Source: an uncultured delta proteobacterium
GTDB taxonomy: Bacteria; Desulfobacterota; Syntrophia; Syntrophales; UBA2185
Assembly: GCA_963729715.1 (NCBI GenBank)
Contig: CAVSPA010000003.1
Location: 64,001-128,000, forward strand
Length of the DNA stretch: 64,000 nucleotides
Direction of reading: 5' to 3'
Shown here: piece by piece, positions 18,593 through 28,516 of the stretch
Position numbering within the stretch: position 1 is the stretch's first letter
Layout: each line of letters starts with the position of its first letter
Made by a program: the position numbers and the translations under genes
Notes under the pieces: generated by a model
What the model was told of the DNA's origin: nothing
The model's input: the letters and a program-made list of their open reading frames with translations, nothing else
Database searches by the model: none

Positions 18593-19480
18593 CTACTTTC
18601 TCTCGCCGATCCCGGCAAGCGCAGCCCTGTAGAACTCAAAACCCTTCAGGTGACGTCCTGAAGCTCCCATGTAATGCGCCCTGTACTCAGTTGAGCCTAA
18701 GTCCGCGAGGAGCGTAAATCCGCGCTTGGTCAAATAACTGGAAAGCTCCTCGGGGTGGAGGCCGAATGTCCATTCCTCGCCGGATTTTCGGAGAGTGGCG
18801 GGCACGCGTCCCATCTCCCCGAAATTTATAGAACCGTCAAGCAGGCCGCCGTGAATATAAGTAAACAGGAGCTTGCTTCCGGGTGCTGACAGTGACTTTA
18901 TTGATTTCAAGGTAATGTCTACGGCCTCCTTTGAAAGGTAGTGCATCACCCCTTCCCAGAGAAAAAATGCTGGTTTTACGCGGTCGAAGCCGGAGTTTTC
19001 CAGTGTTGTCGCGAAGTCCTGCCGGTTAAAATCCACTTCCAGCATGGTTATATTGTCCGGGATTGAATTTATAAGATGCATCAGGCGCTTGATCTTAACG
19101 GTTCGAGTGCCTGGATGATCCAGTTCGAATACACGGGTTAGCCCGATCCCGGGTAGCCTGTAGGCCCGGCAGTCATACCCGGCCCCCAGGATAACTACCT
19201 GGGTAACACCCTCTTTGAGCGCATCGCAAAGCTGCTCGTCTATCCAGCAGGTACGGCCGAGGTGTGCCGTTCTGACTCCCGGCCATTTCACGTCTATATA
19301 AAAAGGCACGAGCCAGCCTATCAAAGGCACCCGCGACAAAAGGTAGGCGTACTTCAAGCGGCCCAAAAATCCGGCGGCGAGATGGTCCTCAAAGAGGCGT
19401 TTGCCGGGTTTGCGGGACGACTCGGTGGCACGGAATAGTGCGTTGAACTCGGCGGTTCGGCTGGCTGATTTAATATTCAT
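18593..19480 (-). CDS. SAM-dependent methyltransferase (LCM/TIGR00027-like)
   Basis: QVVILGAGYDCRAYRL, FELDHP, FLWEGVMHYL. Confidence 0.88.
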   Translation of the reverse strand: MNIKSASRTAEFNALFRATESSRKPGKRLFEDHLAAGFLGRLKYAYLLSRVPLIGWLVPFYIDVKWPGVRTAHLGRTCWIDEQLCDALKEGVTQVVILGAGYDCRAYRLPGIGLTRVFELDHPGTRTVKIKRLMHLINSIPDNITMLEVDFNRQDFATTLENSGFDRVKPAFFLWEGVMHYLSKEAVDITLKSIKSLSAPGSKLLFTYIHGGLLDGSINFGEMGRVPATLRKSGEEWTFGLHPEELSSYLTKRGFTLLADLGSTEYRAHYMGASGRHLKGFEFYRAALAGIGERK

Positions 19481-19508
19481 TGTACTGTTTCGGTCCGGTT
19501 GAGCGTGC

Positions 19509-20048
19509 TCAATGCTTGTGCATTTTTTCCATTGCTGATGCGGACACGGCCATCCGGAATTCCGTCTTCTTCCCATTCACCATGACTGCGATGGAATAGG
19601 TCCCATTGGGCATCACCACATTATTGCCGTAATGCGTGGATTGCGGCCCCTGACCGATGGCCTGCATGACAACAACAGGAACATCCACAACTGCGCCTTT
19701 CGGCTTTCCTTTGTCGTCGAGCAATTGGAAATTCATACTGACCGTTGCGTTGGTTATGGCTTTGCCTGTCTTCGCGTCGAATACGTGCACGACAAGATGA
19801 TGGTTGGGATGCGAAGCCGCATCAATCGCGATGGGCTTGGCACCTCCCATGACCAACATCCCTTCTTTCACATGACTGACGGCAACTTCATCTGCTGTAA
19901 AGAACGGCTCAGCCGGCAGCACGTGCAACTCTACCCGAAGGCCATCCATGGTCGCTGTCTTCATCATGTCTCCGGCCCTGACAGAAACCGCGCATAGGAT
20001 CATAATGATGAGTGCTGCAGCTAATAAAAGATTTGAGCGTTTTTTCAT
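19509..20048 (-). CDS. Periplasmic Met/His-rich probable metal-binding protein (P19/FetP-like)
   Basis: Signal peptide; NHHLVVHV and THYGNNV motifs; C-terminal MEKMHKH. Confidence 0.6.
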   Translation of the reverse strand: MKKRSNLLLAAALIIMILCAVSVRAGDMMKTATMDGLRVELHVLPAEPFFTADEVAVSHVKEGMLVMGGAKPIAIDAASHPNHHLVVHVFDAKTGKAITNATVSMNFQLLDDKGKPKGAVVDVPVVVMQAIGQGPQSTHYGNNVVMPNGTYSIAVMVNGKKTEFRMAVSASAMEKMHKH

Positions 20049-20227
20049 GTGTTACCTCCCTTTCACATTTGACCTTCTCCACGAAAAATAATCAAATCAT
20101 AAATTCAGCCTTGTAAGCATTTGAGGGTTGTCAATTTCCACATCAAACATGAAACTCTGCCTATTATATCATGCGTGCCTAGTTCAAGAAGCCAACGGCA
20201 TTTTGCATAAACAGAAAATACCCTGAA

Positions 20228-20965
20228 TTACAATATCCTTGTTACAGCAAAACGGTTATCCCTATCTGACAGATTAAGGGCCTGTGCGGAATCCAGGCGT
20301 GAACTGGCTACCAGATTGAGATGTCGCCGGCTGACCTCCTCCGATAAGGCCATCTGTCGCTGTAAGGGCTGCGGATAAGGCTGGCCGGGCACAGGGATAT
20401 ATCCCATGATGTGAAACGGGATGTTCCGGTCAATTGCTGCCAACCAGGCAGCGATTGCCTCAACCTGATCGACATCCACAAGACCCGGTATAAACACCAC
20501 GTTAATCTTTATGTCCATTCCCGCTCCATATGCGGCGGCAACATTTTGGAAGATGGTTTCTCTTTCCCGCCCTGTGAGTGCGAGGTGAAGATCATTGTCC
20601 CAGGCTTTTAACCCCACATTCGCCCCGTCAAGATAAGGCAGAGGAAGGCTGCTGCCGTTGGTGTGGCCAAGCTTGGTTCCGACTCCGAGTTCCTCCTTTG
20701 CGAAGCGGAGCATTTCGGGCAGGTCCTTCGCCACTGTGGGTTCTCCACCCATGAAATAAAGGTTTTTGATAGGCAGTTGGCGAAGAGCTTCCTTGATATC
20801 CGCCGTTTTCAAATACCCGTCAGGTTCGGGGTAGGCTAGACCGGGCCTTCCCGTAGGACCACTGCGGAGCCTGTAACTGCATGTCGGGCAACGGAAGGTG
20901 CACCCGTAGTTGTGGACAGTCGCGAAATTATGATGCTCATTGTAGGTGACTTTGTAAAATGCCAT
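20228..20965 (-). CDS. Radical SAM protein (activating-enzyme-like)
   Basis: GCTFRCPTC (CxxxCxxC), MGGEPT, HTNG. Confidence 0.9.
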   Translation of the reverse strand: MAFYKVTYNEHHNFATVHNYGCTFRCPTCSYRLRSGPTGRPGLAYPEPDGYLKTADIKEALRQLPIKNLYFMGGEPTVAKDLPEMLRFAKEELGVGTKLGHTNGSSLPLPYLDGANVGLKAWDNDLHLALTGRERETIFQNVAAAYGAGMDIKINVVFIPGLVDVDQVEAIAAWLAAIDRNIPFHIMGYIPVPGQPYPQPLQRQMALSEEVSRRHLNLVASSRLDSAQALNLSDRDNRFAVTRIL

Positions 20966-21040
20966 TATTCATTCCCTTCTATAGTCCTATAAAAAGGTCC
21001 TATGCTGTTTCATGTTTTATCATCCCTCAATCGACATAAT

Positions 21041-21661
21041 TCAAATTCCGCCATAGCGGGAGGCACTGATGATTGGTCTGCTCAGATACAAGCCGAGGGA
21101 GGCGCCTATCATTGATCCTCCTATCCCTTGCGCCGTCTGGATGGCAATATACCAAGGTGCGTAAAATTGATGCCAGATAAAAGGGGCAGAAAAACAGTAA
21201 AAATAAAGGTAAACAGTAAGCCCCCGGAGAAACCCCGCGCCGAGAGCATTTCTTATGGTTTCCAGGTAGCTTTTAGTGACAAGAAAATACAATTCCAGGA
21301 CGAAACCAGCCAGAAGGGCGTAAGGCCACCACAAGGGATTTACGCCGCTGGAGATTGTTTGGGAGAGGAGACTGTGACCGCAGATTATGAGAGTGGCCGT
21401 CCCTGCCCGTGGAATGAGGCGGATGCCGATGAATAGCATGGCCGTGTAAGGGATGGAAAAAAAGAACGATTGAATTATGGGTATCCGGCTTAGTCCGAAC
21501 TTAAATGGTAAAATGGCTATATAGAGAAGGCTGCAGAAAAGGGCTACGGTTACCAATTCCTGTATGCTGAAGGACGGGATTGCTTTGCGTGTCCGAAGGA
21601 GATGAAATACTATTCCCCCCAAGATGGCAATGAAGATGACAGAGCCTATATAAGGGTTCAT
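21041..21661 (-). CDS. Putative ECF transporter substrate-specific (S) component
   Basis: About 6 TM helices, 206 aa; overlaps the T-component stop by 4 bp; follows ECF A-A' and T genes. Confidence 0.7.
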   Translation of the reverse strand: MNPYIGSVIFIAILGGIVFHLLRTRKAIPSFSIQELVTVALFCSLLYIAILPFKFGLSRIPIIQSFFFSIPYTAMLFIGIRLIPRAGTATLIICGHSLLSQTISSGVNPLWWPYALLAGFVLELYFLVTKSYLETIRNALGAGFLRGLTVYLYFYCFSAPFIWHQFYAPWYIAIQTAQGIGGSMIGASLGLYLSRPIISASRYGGI

Positions 21662-22449
21662 GATAAATGCCCCTGGTACAGAATGAGAATAATCATGCCC
21701 ACTGCAGAGAAGCCTAAGACAGCCCAGTCCCGCAGGGAGAATCTCAGTTCTCTTATCTTGGTCCTCTTTCCTGTGAAGGCCCTTACCTCTGCAGCAAGGG
21801 CGATGCGACGGGCGTTCCTCAGGCTGTCTATGATGAGGGGCGGCAGGAGGTAGCGGAAGGCCCTGAACCCGCCCCGTACTCCCTTTACGTCAAGTCCCCG
21901 CAGCTTCTGGGCGAGGAGAATTCTTCCCGCCTCATCCATCAGGGTAGGGAGGAAACGGATGCTGACCGTGACGACAAACCCGATCCGTTCAGGAACGCCG
22001 AGACCCTCCATGCCGAGGAGGAGATCGGAGGGGTAGGTGGACATGACGATAGCTGCGCTCAGGAGCATTGCGGAAAACAGCCGGAGACTCTGCAGCACTC
22101 CGTAAATAATACCTTCCTGGTACAGGGCAATCCCTCCAGTGATGCTTCCCAGCATACCTGAATCCGGTGTAAGGATCGTCAGAATCGTGGTCCGGGGTTC
22201 GAGGGCATAAAAAAATCCCTGTGAAATCATTGTAAAACAGAGGGCCGTGGCCATGAGCATGATCATTGTCCGGACGGTTCGTCGAGCTGGACGAAGGTAT
22301 CCGAAGGCTGCTGCAACAGTTAAAAAAAGAAGCGACAACCCCGTCGGTGTCTTCAGGACAACAACAAGAATCGCTCCCATGAATCCCAAGATGATCTTGG
22401 ACCTCGGATCCAGGCGGTGTAGGAAAGTTTCTTTATCCAGATACTTCAT
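21658..22449 (-). CDS. ecfT: ECF transporter transmembrane T component
   Basis: LHRLDPRSK, RFLPTL, AQKLRG and AAEVRAF coupling motifs; true start ATG 22449. Confidence 0.9.
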   Translation of the reverse strand: MKYLDKETFLHRLDPRSKIILGFMGAILVVVLKTPTGLSLLFLTVAAAFGYLRPARRTVRTMIMLMATALCFTMISQGFFYALEPRTTILTILTPDSGMLGSITGGIALYQEGIIYGVLQSLRLFSAMLLSAAIVMSTYPSDLLLGMEGLGVPERIGFVVTVSIRFLPTLMDEAGRILLAQKLRGLDVKGVRGGFRAFRYLLPPLIIDSLRNARRIALAAEVRAFTGKRTKIRELRFSLRDWAVLGFSAVGMIILILYQGHLS

Positions 22450-23797
22450 CGCTGATAATCCTGCCATTGTCGAGAGTGATCCGACGCCCAGCTGCGGATG
22501 CGGCATGTTCGTTATGGGTTGAAAAGATAACAGTCCCCCTCCTGTTGGCATAGTCGTAGAGGAGGGAAAACAGTTCATGCCAGCTTCTGCCGTCCAGACC
22601 TGTTGTCGGTTCGTCAAGGATGAGTATTTCCGGCTCCATAGCCATAACGGACACGACAGCTAAGATCTGCCGCTGTCCCCGTGAGAGAGTCTGAGGATGG
22701 CAGCGTGAGTGGGCTTTAAGACCTGCTATGCCTAGATAACGCTCTACTTCTGGTTTCTTTCCGAGGTGGGAAGGCCCGAAGGCAACCTCTTCTGCCACCG
22801 TCTGTGCAAAGAGCTGTTCGTCGGGATTCTGAAAAAGAAAACCCACGCGGCTCACCAGAGATTCCAGTGTGGGTCCGGGAACGCCCAGAATCGCGATTCC
22901 CCCCTGGAGGGGCCGGAGGAGCCCTCCAAGGATCTTCAAAAGCGTTGTCTTTCCAGAACCGTTATCTCCCTTCAGCGCCACGACTTCCCCTCGTTGAATA
23001 GTCATATCTATATTATCTAAAATATTTTTCTCCCGGTCGTAGCCGAAGCTGATTTCTTTCAGGGATATCACCGTTCCTGCAGGTGCCGCCGTTGTTTTTC
23101 TTGCGGTCATGGGGCTGCTCATTGCCGTGCTGTTATTTACGATCCTTCCGTTTTCCAGGGTTATAATCCGGTCCATGAGGGGAAGATAATCTTCGTACTG
23201 GTGCTCTACCAGGACAATGGTCTTTCCCTTGTCTTTGAGATTCCTGATGATCTTTATGAACTCCTGCCTTCCCGCCCCATCCAAGTCCGTTGTGGGTTCA
23301 TCAAAAAGGAAAACCTGGGGACCCATGGCATAGACAGAGCTAATGGCCAGGCGCTGTTTCTGCCCTCCGGAAAGCTTGAAGGTCTCGCGACGCCGCAAAT
23401 CCCATAAATCCATGGATCGGAGAGCTTCGTCCCGGCGGCAGATGATCTCTTCCCGCGGCAGGAGCAGGTTTTCACAACCGAAGGCGACATCGTCCTCCAC
23501 GCGCATCATAAAGACCTGACTCTCAGGGTTCTGAAAAACTGTTCCTACCGTCCGAGCGATCTCCCGGAGGGGTACCTCCGACGGCAGAAAACCGTTCAAC
23601 CGGACCGATCCAATGGAGGCTCCGGCAAAAACGTGAGGAATGAGACCATTGAGACAGTATAGAAAGGTCGACTTGCCCGATCCCGAAGCACCGCGGACTA
23701 ACACCGCTTCGCCCGATTCAATCCGCAGACTGATATCCTGCAAAGCGGGAGTATCCATGCCGGGATAGGTAAAGCTGAAGGAGTCAATGGCAATCAT
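22433..23797 (-). CDS. ECF transporter fused double ATPase (A-A')
   Basis: Two Walker A motifs (GASGSGKS, GDNGSGKT), FQNPESQ/FQNPDEQ, two DEPT. Confidence 0.92.
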   Translation of the reverse strand: MIAIDSFSFTYPGMDTPALQDISLRIESGEAVLVRGASGSGKSTFLYCLNGLIPHVFAGASIGSVRLNGFLPSEVPLREIARTVGTVFQNPESQVFMMRVEDDVAFGCENLLLPREEIICRRDEALRSMDLWDLRRRETFKLSGGQKQRLAISSVYAMGPQVFLFDEPTTDLDGAGRQEFIKIIRNLKDKGKTIVLVEHQYEDYLPLMDRIITLENGRIVNNSTAMSSPMTARKTTAAPAGTVISLKEISFGYDREKNILDNIDMTIQRGEVVALKGDNGSGKTTLLKILGGLLRPLQGGIAILGVPGPTLESLVSRVGFLFQNPDEQLFAQTVAEEVAFGPSHLGKKPEVERYLGIAGLKAHSRCHPQTLSRGQRQILAVVSVMAMEPEILILDEPTTGLDGRSWHELFSLLYDYANRRGTVIFSTHNEHAASAAGRRITLDNGRIISDEVSG

Positions 23798-23855
23798 ATC
23801 GAGTAAATCTCGCTGGCATGACTAAAGTCTTGTGTACCAGATTTAGTTAATCCAA

Positions 23856-26078
23856 TTAAATTTTCACTTCCAGCCCGCCAAACCACGATCTGCCCGGCGC
23901 CTTGTAATAGTTAAAGTAAGAGTTGTCAAAGATATTATCAACGGAAAATGACAATGTGGCAAATTTGGTCACCTTATATGAAACCTTCGTATCTGCTGTA
24001 AAAGCAGGATCCATCGACGTGTAAACACCGTTTATCGTATCCCTGTTCTGGTCATCACCATAGCGTTTGCCGACATATCTGCCCGTGACAGATGCCATGA
24101 ACGGTCCTATTTCGCACTCCGCTCCCACATTAACCATCGTATCCGGCAGATAAGTCAATCTTTTGCCCACTGATAATGGCTCAGCGCTGTTTTCCGTTAT
24201 CCTGGCGTCCGTGTAGGTATAATTAGCAAACAGCCTTAACAATTTTTCAAACCGCTGCTCAAGCTCAAGCGTAATCCCTTTGCTTTCAGCCTTCCCTGCA
24301 TTTATCTGCTTCTGTAGCGTTGCAGAAACTGTCTCTAAATAAATAAGGTCTTTCAGATAGTTGTCAAAATATCTGGCAGTGAACTTCGCGCCCTCCCACA
24401 GCACCTGCACGACAGCCACATCCCATGAGGTGTCTGTTTCGGGTTTCAGGTCTGGATTGCTGGCAAACGTAATACCATAGTATTGCCAAGTCCCGTAAAG
24501 CTCATAAACTGTTGGCCCTCTGAATGCCTGTCCCGCGGATGCCTTTAATGTGGTTACTTCAAACGGTTTATAGACGACTGCTAACTTTGGACTGAAATAG
24601 TTGTCACTCCTGGAGTCATATGTCGTCGCAAAACCTCCGGTGCCGAACTGATTGGCATAACCATCGTATGTTTCCCACCAGTCCTCTCTGAAACCGATGT
24701 ATGCAGTGAGATTGGGGAGGATCAATATTTCGTCCTGGATAAAAGCGGCATATGCCCTGTCCTTCCCCCCCGAATTGTATGTGAGTGCGGTATTGGAGGT
24801 TTCATCCGTAAAGTTGGTCAGATTATATTGCGAGGTGTTAGCCGAATCTGTTTTGAATGATCCTCCAAAGGTAAGGACATGCCTGGTAAAAAGGGGTACT
24901 GTGAACTGAAGGTCGGCAGAATAATTCTGGGAAGGGGTGGATGAAACCTGGCCGGGGCCCCCGTTTAAAGTCGTAGCAGATGTATAGCCGGGGCTTACAT
25001 ACCATGATTTTACATAGTCATTAAGACCAAGCGTAAGCTTTGTTTTTACGTTTCCAATCTCGGTTTCATATTTGATATAATATTTATTAACTTCTTCCCC
25101 GCCTGACCCATCGACATAGCTGCTTTGATTCACGAAGCCATATGAATAAACGGGTTGGCCCGAGGCGTTACTTAAATAAGTATGAGGATCATCGTAATTA
25201 TACTTGAGGCGTGTTCTCATAAAAGATAAGCTTAACTTTGAGTCAGGTGTTAAATCTAATCTCGTTTTGATGCTCAGGCTGTCGTCCCACCATGTGTTGT
25301 CTCCTTTATCACCTATGAGGTAACTGGTCTTTCCCCCGGATGTGCCATTATCGGTAGTATATGAATAACCTGTAATTCCGGCAGGGGGTTGCGTCGACTG
25401 AACGTTAAGATCTTTTGGATAGCCATTTGTTGCCTTGTATCCATAACTCACAAGCAGGCTTATTTTGTTGTTGAGTTTATCGCCGTAAGACACATAATAC
25501 TTTTGAAAATCATCCAGGCTTTCTCCCCTGTGCCAGCTTGAGCCGTAACCGCTTATTACGGTGAATTCTCTCTTCTCCGGCATCTGCGTAATCATATTCA
25601 CGACACCGCCCATGGCGTACCCACCGTAAAGGCTTGACGAGGGGCCCTGAACAACCTCGACCCTTCCCACATTTTCTGTTGGCAACGCTGTAAAACTGAC
25701 CATTCCATCATAGGCATTATTAAGCGGCATCCCATCCATCATTATCAAAGTCCTGTTTTGTCCAGGAATTCCGTTCAATGTAATAGAGGGCAGAGCATCC
25801 ATGAGATTCTGTCGATTAACAAACACACCCGGCGTTGTATTTAAAGCATCGTCGATTGTCGTTATGTTCCTTGTCTCCATTTCCTTTTTCGTGACAACAT
25901 TCACGCTTCCCGGCGCCGATTGCAGCTCTTTTTCTGTCCTCGTTGCCGTGACTACAATATCCTCAAATTTCGTCGCATCTTTTTCTTTTTTCTCAGGTTC
26001 CGTCACATTGTTTTCTTCAGCAAAGGTGTTTGACGAAAATAAAATCAATAAGAGCACCAGTAAAAATCTTTTAAACAT
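23856..26078 (-). CDS. TonB-dependent receptor
   Basis: EDIVVTATRT TonB box, RVEVVQGPSSSLYGGYAMGGVVN plug, NPDLKPET, PGRSWFGGLEVKI; RBS GGAGG before ATG 26078. Confidence 0.92.
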   Translation of the reverse strand: MFKRFLLVLLLILFSSNTFAEENNVTEPEKKEKDATKFEDIVVTATRTEKELQSAPGSVNVVTKKEMETRNITTIDDALNTTPGVFVNRQNLMDALPSITLNGIPGQNRTLIMMDGMPLNNAYDGMVSFTALPTENVGRVEVVQGPSSSLYGGYAMGGVVNMITQMPEKREFTVISGYGSSWHRGESLDDFQKYYVSYGDKLNNKISLLVSYGYKATNGYPKDLNVQSTQPPAGITGYSYTTDNGTSGGKTSYLIGDKGDNTWWDDSLSIKTRLDLTPDSKLSLSFMRTRLKYNYDDPHTYLSNASGQPVYSYGFVNQSSYVDGSGGEEVNKYYIKYETEIGNVKTKLTLGLNDYVKSWYVSPGYTSATTLNGGPGQVSSTPSQNYSADLQFTVPLFTRHVLTFGGSFKTDSANTSQYNLTNFTDETSNTALTYNSGGKDRAYAAFIQDEILILPNLTAYIGFREDWWETYDGYANQFGTGGFATTYDSRSDNYFSPKLAVVYKPFEVTTLKASAGQAFRGPTVYELYGTWQYYGITFASNPDLKPETDTSWDVAVVQVLWEGAKFTARYFDNYLKDLIYLETVSATLQKQINAGKAESKGITLELEQRFEKLLRLFANYTYTDARITENSAEPLSVGKRLTYLPDTMVNVGAECEIGPFMASVTGRYVGKRYGDDQNRDTINGVYTSMDPAFTADTKVSYKVTKFATLSFSVDNIFDNSYFNYYKAPGRSWFGGLEVKI

Positions 26079-26228
26079 TCGTTTTCCTCCCGTTACTTTA
26101 CATCCGGCCCCCTTTCTGATATAAGAGATATCAGAAGGGTGATGTTCTTTGAGTGTTATCCTTCCGAGGCGGGGAGTCCTAGCCAAAGGTAGCTCCCTGC
26201 CTCCCTTTTAATTCAATGATATCTTTAA

Positions 26229-26609
26229 TCATCCCTTTCTCTCGGTTTGTATTGCAACTTTTTTGAACCCCCGGCTGTTCACAATATCAAGTACATCTAC
26301 AAAAATCTGGAGAGCCACGTCTTTATCAGCCCGGACAATGAGGGGGGTGTTTTTATCAATATCCCTGATTTTCATGCCTAATTCTTCCAGGGCGACTTTC
26401 GTGGAGTTAAAATAGATCACACCACTTTGATCTATGGATATTATTTGCCTCTTGATGGCCTCCGTCTGTGTTTCTGATGCCTTCGGTAGAGACACGGAAA
26501 TCATCCCTGTGGCAATAAATGTCGATGTCATAAGAACGATGGTTAAAAGCACAAGCATCACATCAACCAGAGGGATGACGTTGATGTAATCAAATTCCTT
26601 TTCTTCCAT
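26229..26609 (-). CDS. exbD: Biopolymer transport protein ExbD
   Basis: [23 protein letters not shown]. Confidence 0.95.
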   Translation of the reverse strand: MEEKEFDYINVIPLVDVMLVLLTIVLMTSTFIATGMISVSLPKASETQTEAIKRQIISIDQSGVIYFNSTKVALEELGMKIRDIDKNTPLIVRADKDVALQIFVDVLDIVNSRGFKKVAIQTERKG

Positions 26610-27024
26610 TTGTTATCTCCCAACGCATCATGATAACTTTCACTTTTCTCAACAGGAGGTTGTAAAAAACCACGGAAGGTATGGCAACCACAAGGCCCAC
26701 CGCCGTTGCCTTTAATGCGAGGGCAAGACCAATCATTATCTTCCCCGTGTCAAGGAACCCCTCTTGGCCTATTTTGTAGAAAGTGAGCATAATGCCTAGG
26801 ACAGTGCCAAGCAGTCCGACATAAGGGGCATTGCTCCCTATGGTAGCTATGATATGGAGCTTCTTTGTAAGCTGAAGCTCCAGCTCTTTTCTATCCCGGA
26901 ACCGTTCTATCTTAATTTTTCTGTACGTAAGATGCCTTTCGACGGCGATTGAAACTGCAACGATACTCATAACAATAAGGAGTCCTATGACTCCATAATC
27001 AATTATTGCACCAAGATATTCCAT
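26590..27024 (-). CDS. exbB: Biopolymer transport protein ExbB
   Basis: [37 protein letters not shown]. Confidence 0.95.
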   Translation of the reverse strand: MEYLGAIIDYGVIGLLIVMSIVAVSIAVERHLTYRKIKIERFRDRKELELQLTKKLHIIATIGSNAPYVGLLGTVLGIMLTFYKIGQEGFLDTGKIMIGLALALKATAVGLVVAIPSVVFYNLLLRKVKVIMMRWEITNGRKGI

Positions 27025-27046
27025 TCTCGTTGTCCCTTAAAATTTC

Positions 27047-27691
27047 TTATTCTAAATTGAACCGAACAGAGAGGATTGCTTTGGAAGGCACTTTTTCCCC
27101 ATTGCTATAAGCTGGAGAAAAGGCGGATTTTTTTATTGCCGCAACAGCGGCTTCTGTGAAGCCAAATCCCGATGTTTCTATAACTTCAATGTCCTGTAAA
27201 GTACCGTTTTTGTCGATCAGCAGTTTAAGAACGACCCTTCCCTCTTTGCCCAATCTCCTTGCTAATAAAGGATAAACCGGCATCTCCCGATGGATAAACG
27301 CTGGGGCGCCTGAATTTCCGGATACCGTTTCCGCGACATCCCGATTTACCGCTTTTCCTATGCTTGTGATTTCCGTTTTCGCGATGGTCAGATTTTCTGC
27401 TCTTTGCACTGCGGCCGTAACCTGCTTTTCATTCAATAAAAACTCATCTTGCCGGTCTTTTATTTCCATGATCTCTGGCTCGTTGATGCTTTGTACATGT
27501 TCTGCCTTAGATCGCGTTATCGATTTCACTTCCCTTTGGCTGGTTGAAGATAAGGCTTCCTGTTGCGCGAAACTGATATAGATGGTTTTCATATAGGGAA
27601 TCGCATTCGCAACAGGTATCGTGAGAAATAAAATCAGAAACGCGGCATGAATCGCCAAAGAAGTGACTATCCCTATACGCTGCTCATTCAT
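27047..27691 (-). CDS. tonB: Energy transducer TonB
   Basis: SLAIH TM; PVYPLLARRLGKEGRVVL C-terminal domain. Confidence 0.9.
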   Translation of the reverse strand: MNEQRIGIVTSLAIHAAFLILFLTIPVANAIPYMKTIYISFAQQEALSSTSQREVKSITRSKAEHVQSINEPEIMEIKDRQDEFLLNEKQVTAAVQRAENLTIAKTEITSIGKAVNRDVAETVSGNSGAPAFIHREMPVYPLLARRLGKEGRVVLKLLIDKNGTLQDIEVIETSGFGFTEAAVAAIKKSAFSPAYSNGEKVPSKAILSVRFNLE

Positions 27692-27741
27692 ACTGGTTCA
27701 GCCTTGCCTCTGTTTCGCTGGTGATATTTTTACCACTATTT

Positions 27742-27778
27742 GTGTTACTATATTAACAACCGTGCTACCCACTGACAA
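27742..27778 (-). promoter_or_regulatory. Sigma70 promoter with overlapping NikR-type operator for the tonB-exbBD-TBDR-ECF operon
   Basis: Minus strand TTGTCA-N17-TAATAT; plus strand GTGTTAC-N13-GTGCTAC at 27742-27768. Confidence 0.75.
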
Positions 27779-27797
27779 AAAAATAATACCTATTTCT

Positions 27798-28211
27798 TTA
27801 TTTGATTTTACCGGTACCGGAGATGCTTAATGATCCGTGCATGACTCCCTTATGAGCTTTTAATGTGTCGGACAGTTTGTTGACCTTCTTGGAATTCCCT
27901 TTTACCGCCACGATCTCCAGGCAATTATGATGATCCAGATGGATATGTTGTGAGGACTGGATGATGTCCTGATAGTCGTGCTGGACGTCAATAATTGCAT
28001 TCAAAAGGTTGCGCTGATGATGGTCATAGATGAAAGTGATTGCCCCGGCAACTTCCCGGTCTTCTTCCAAATCTTTCTTGAGCAACTCCTGACGGATTAA
28101 ATCACGAATGGCCTCCGACCGGTTTGAATACTTACGCCGCTTGATCAGGTTATCAAAATTATCAAGCAATTCATTTTCTAATGAAATCCCAAATCTGACT
28201 ATATCAGACAT
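27798..28211 (-). CDS. nikR: Nickel-responsive regulator NikR
   Basis: VRFGISL ribbon-helix-helix, NRSEAIRDLIR, YDHH, HIHLDHHNCLE. Confidence 0.97.
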   Translation of the reverse strand: MSDIVRFGISLENELLDNFDNLIKRRKYSNRSEAIRDLIRQELLKKDLEEDREVAGAITFIYDHHQRNLLNAIIDVQHDYQDIIQSSQHIHLDHHNCLEIVAVKGNSKKVNKLSDTLKAHKGVMHGSLSISGTGKIK

Positions 28212-28222
28212 GCCTTACCTCG

Positions 28223-28268
28223 GTATTACTAATGTAGCATTCGTAGCACAATTGCCTATACGTGTCAA
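28223..28268 (-). promoter_or_regulatory. nikR promoter with autoregulatory NikR-type operator
   Basis: GTATTAC-N13-GTAGCAC at 28223-28249; minus strand TTGACA-N17-TACGAA overlaps it. Confidence 0.65.
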
Positions 28269-28340
28269 GCAGAATATGTATGATTACTATTACATGGCAT
28301 AATGTTATTTTAGCCGACAGCCGTTTATTTATCTGTCAAA

Positions 28341-28389
28341 ACCACTGACATTGTCAGTGGTGGGGTGTGGGGGCGGAGGCCCCACACCT
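28341..28389. repeat. Pair of GC-rich hairpins (REP-like or terminator)
   Basis: CCACTGACA-T-TGTCAGTGG and GGTGTGGGGGC-GGAG-GCCCCCACACC. Confidence 0.5.
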
Positions 28390-28516
28390 TAAGTGAACCA
28401 ACAATGTTGGTGAACAATATTTTAGAATAGCCGTTTCAACCCTTATCAGGCAAGGCGAAGGACATTGTCCGTAGGCTTGCCGCATTTTGAAGGCCACCGA
28501 CAAGGTCGGTGGTAGT

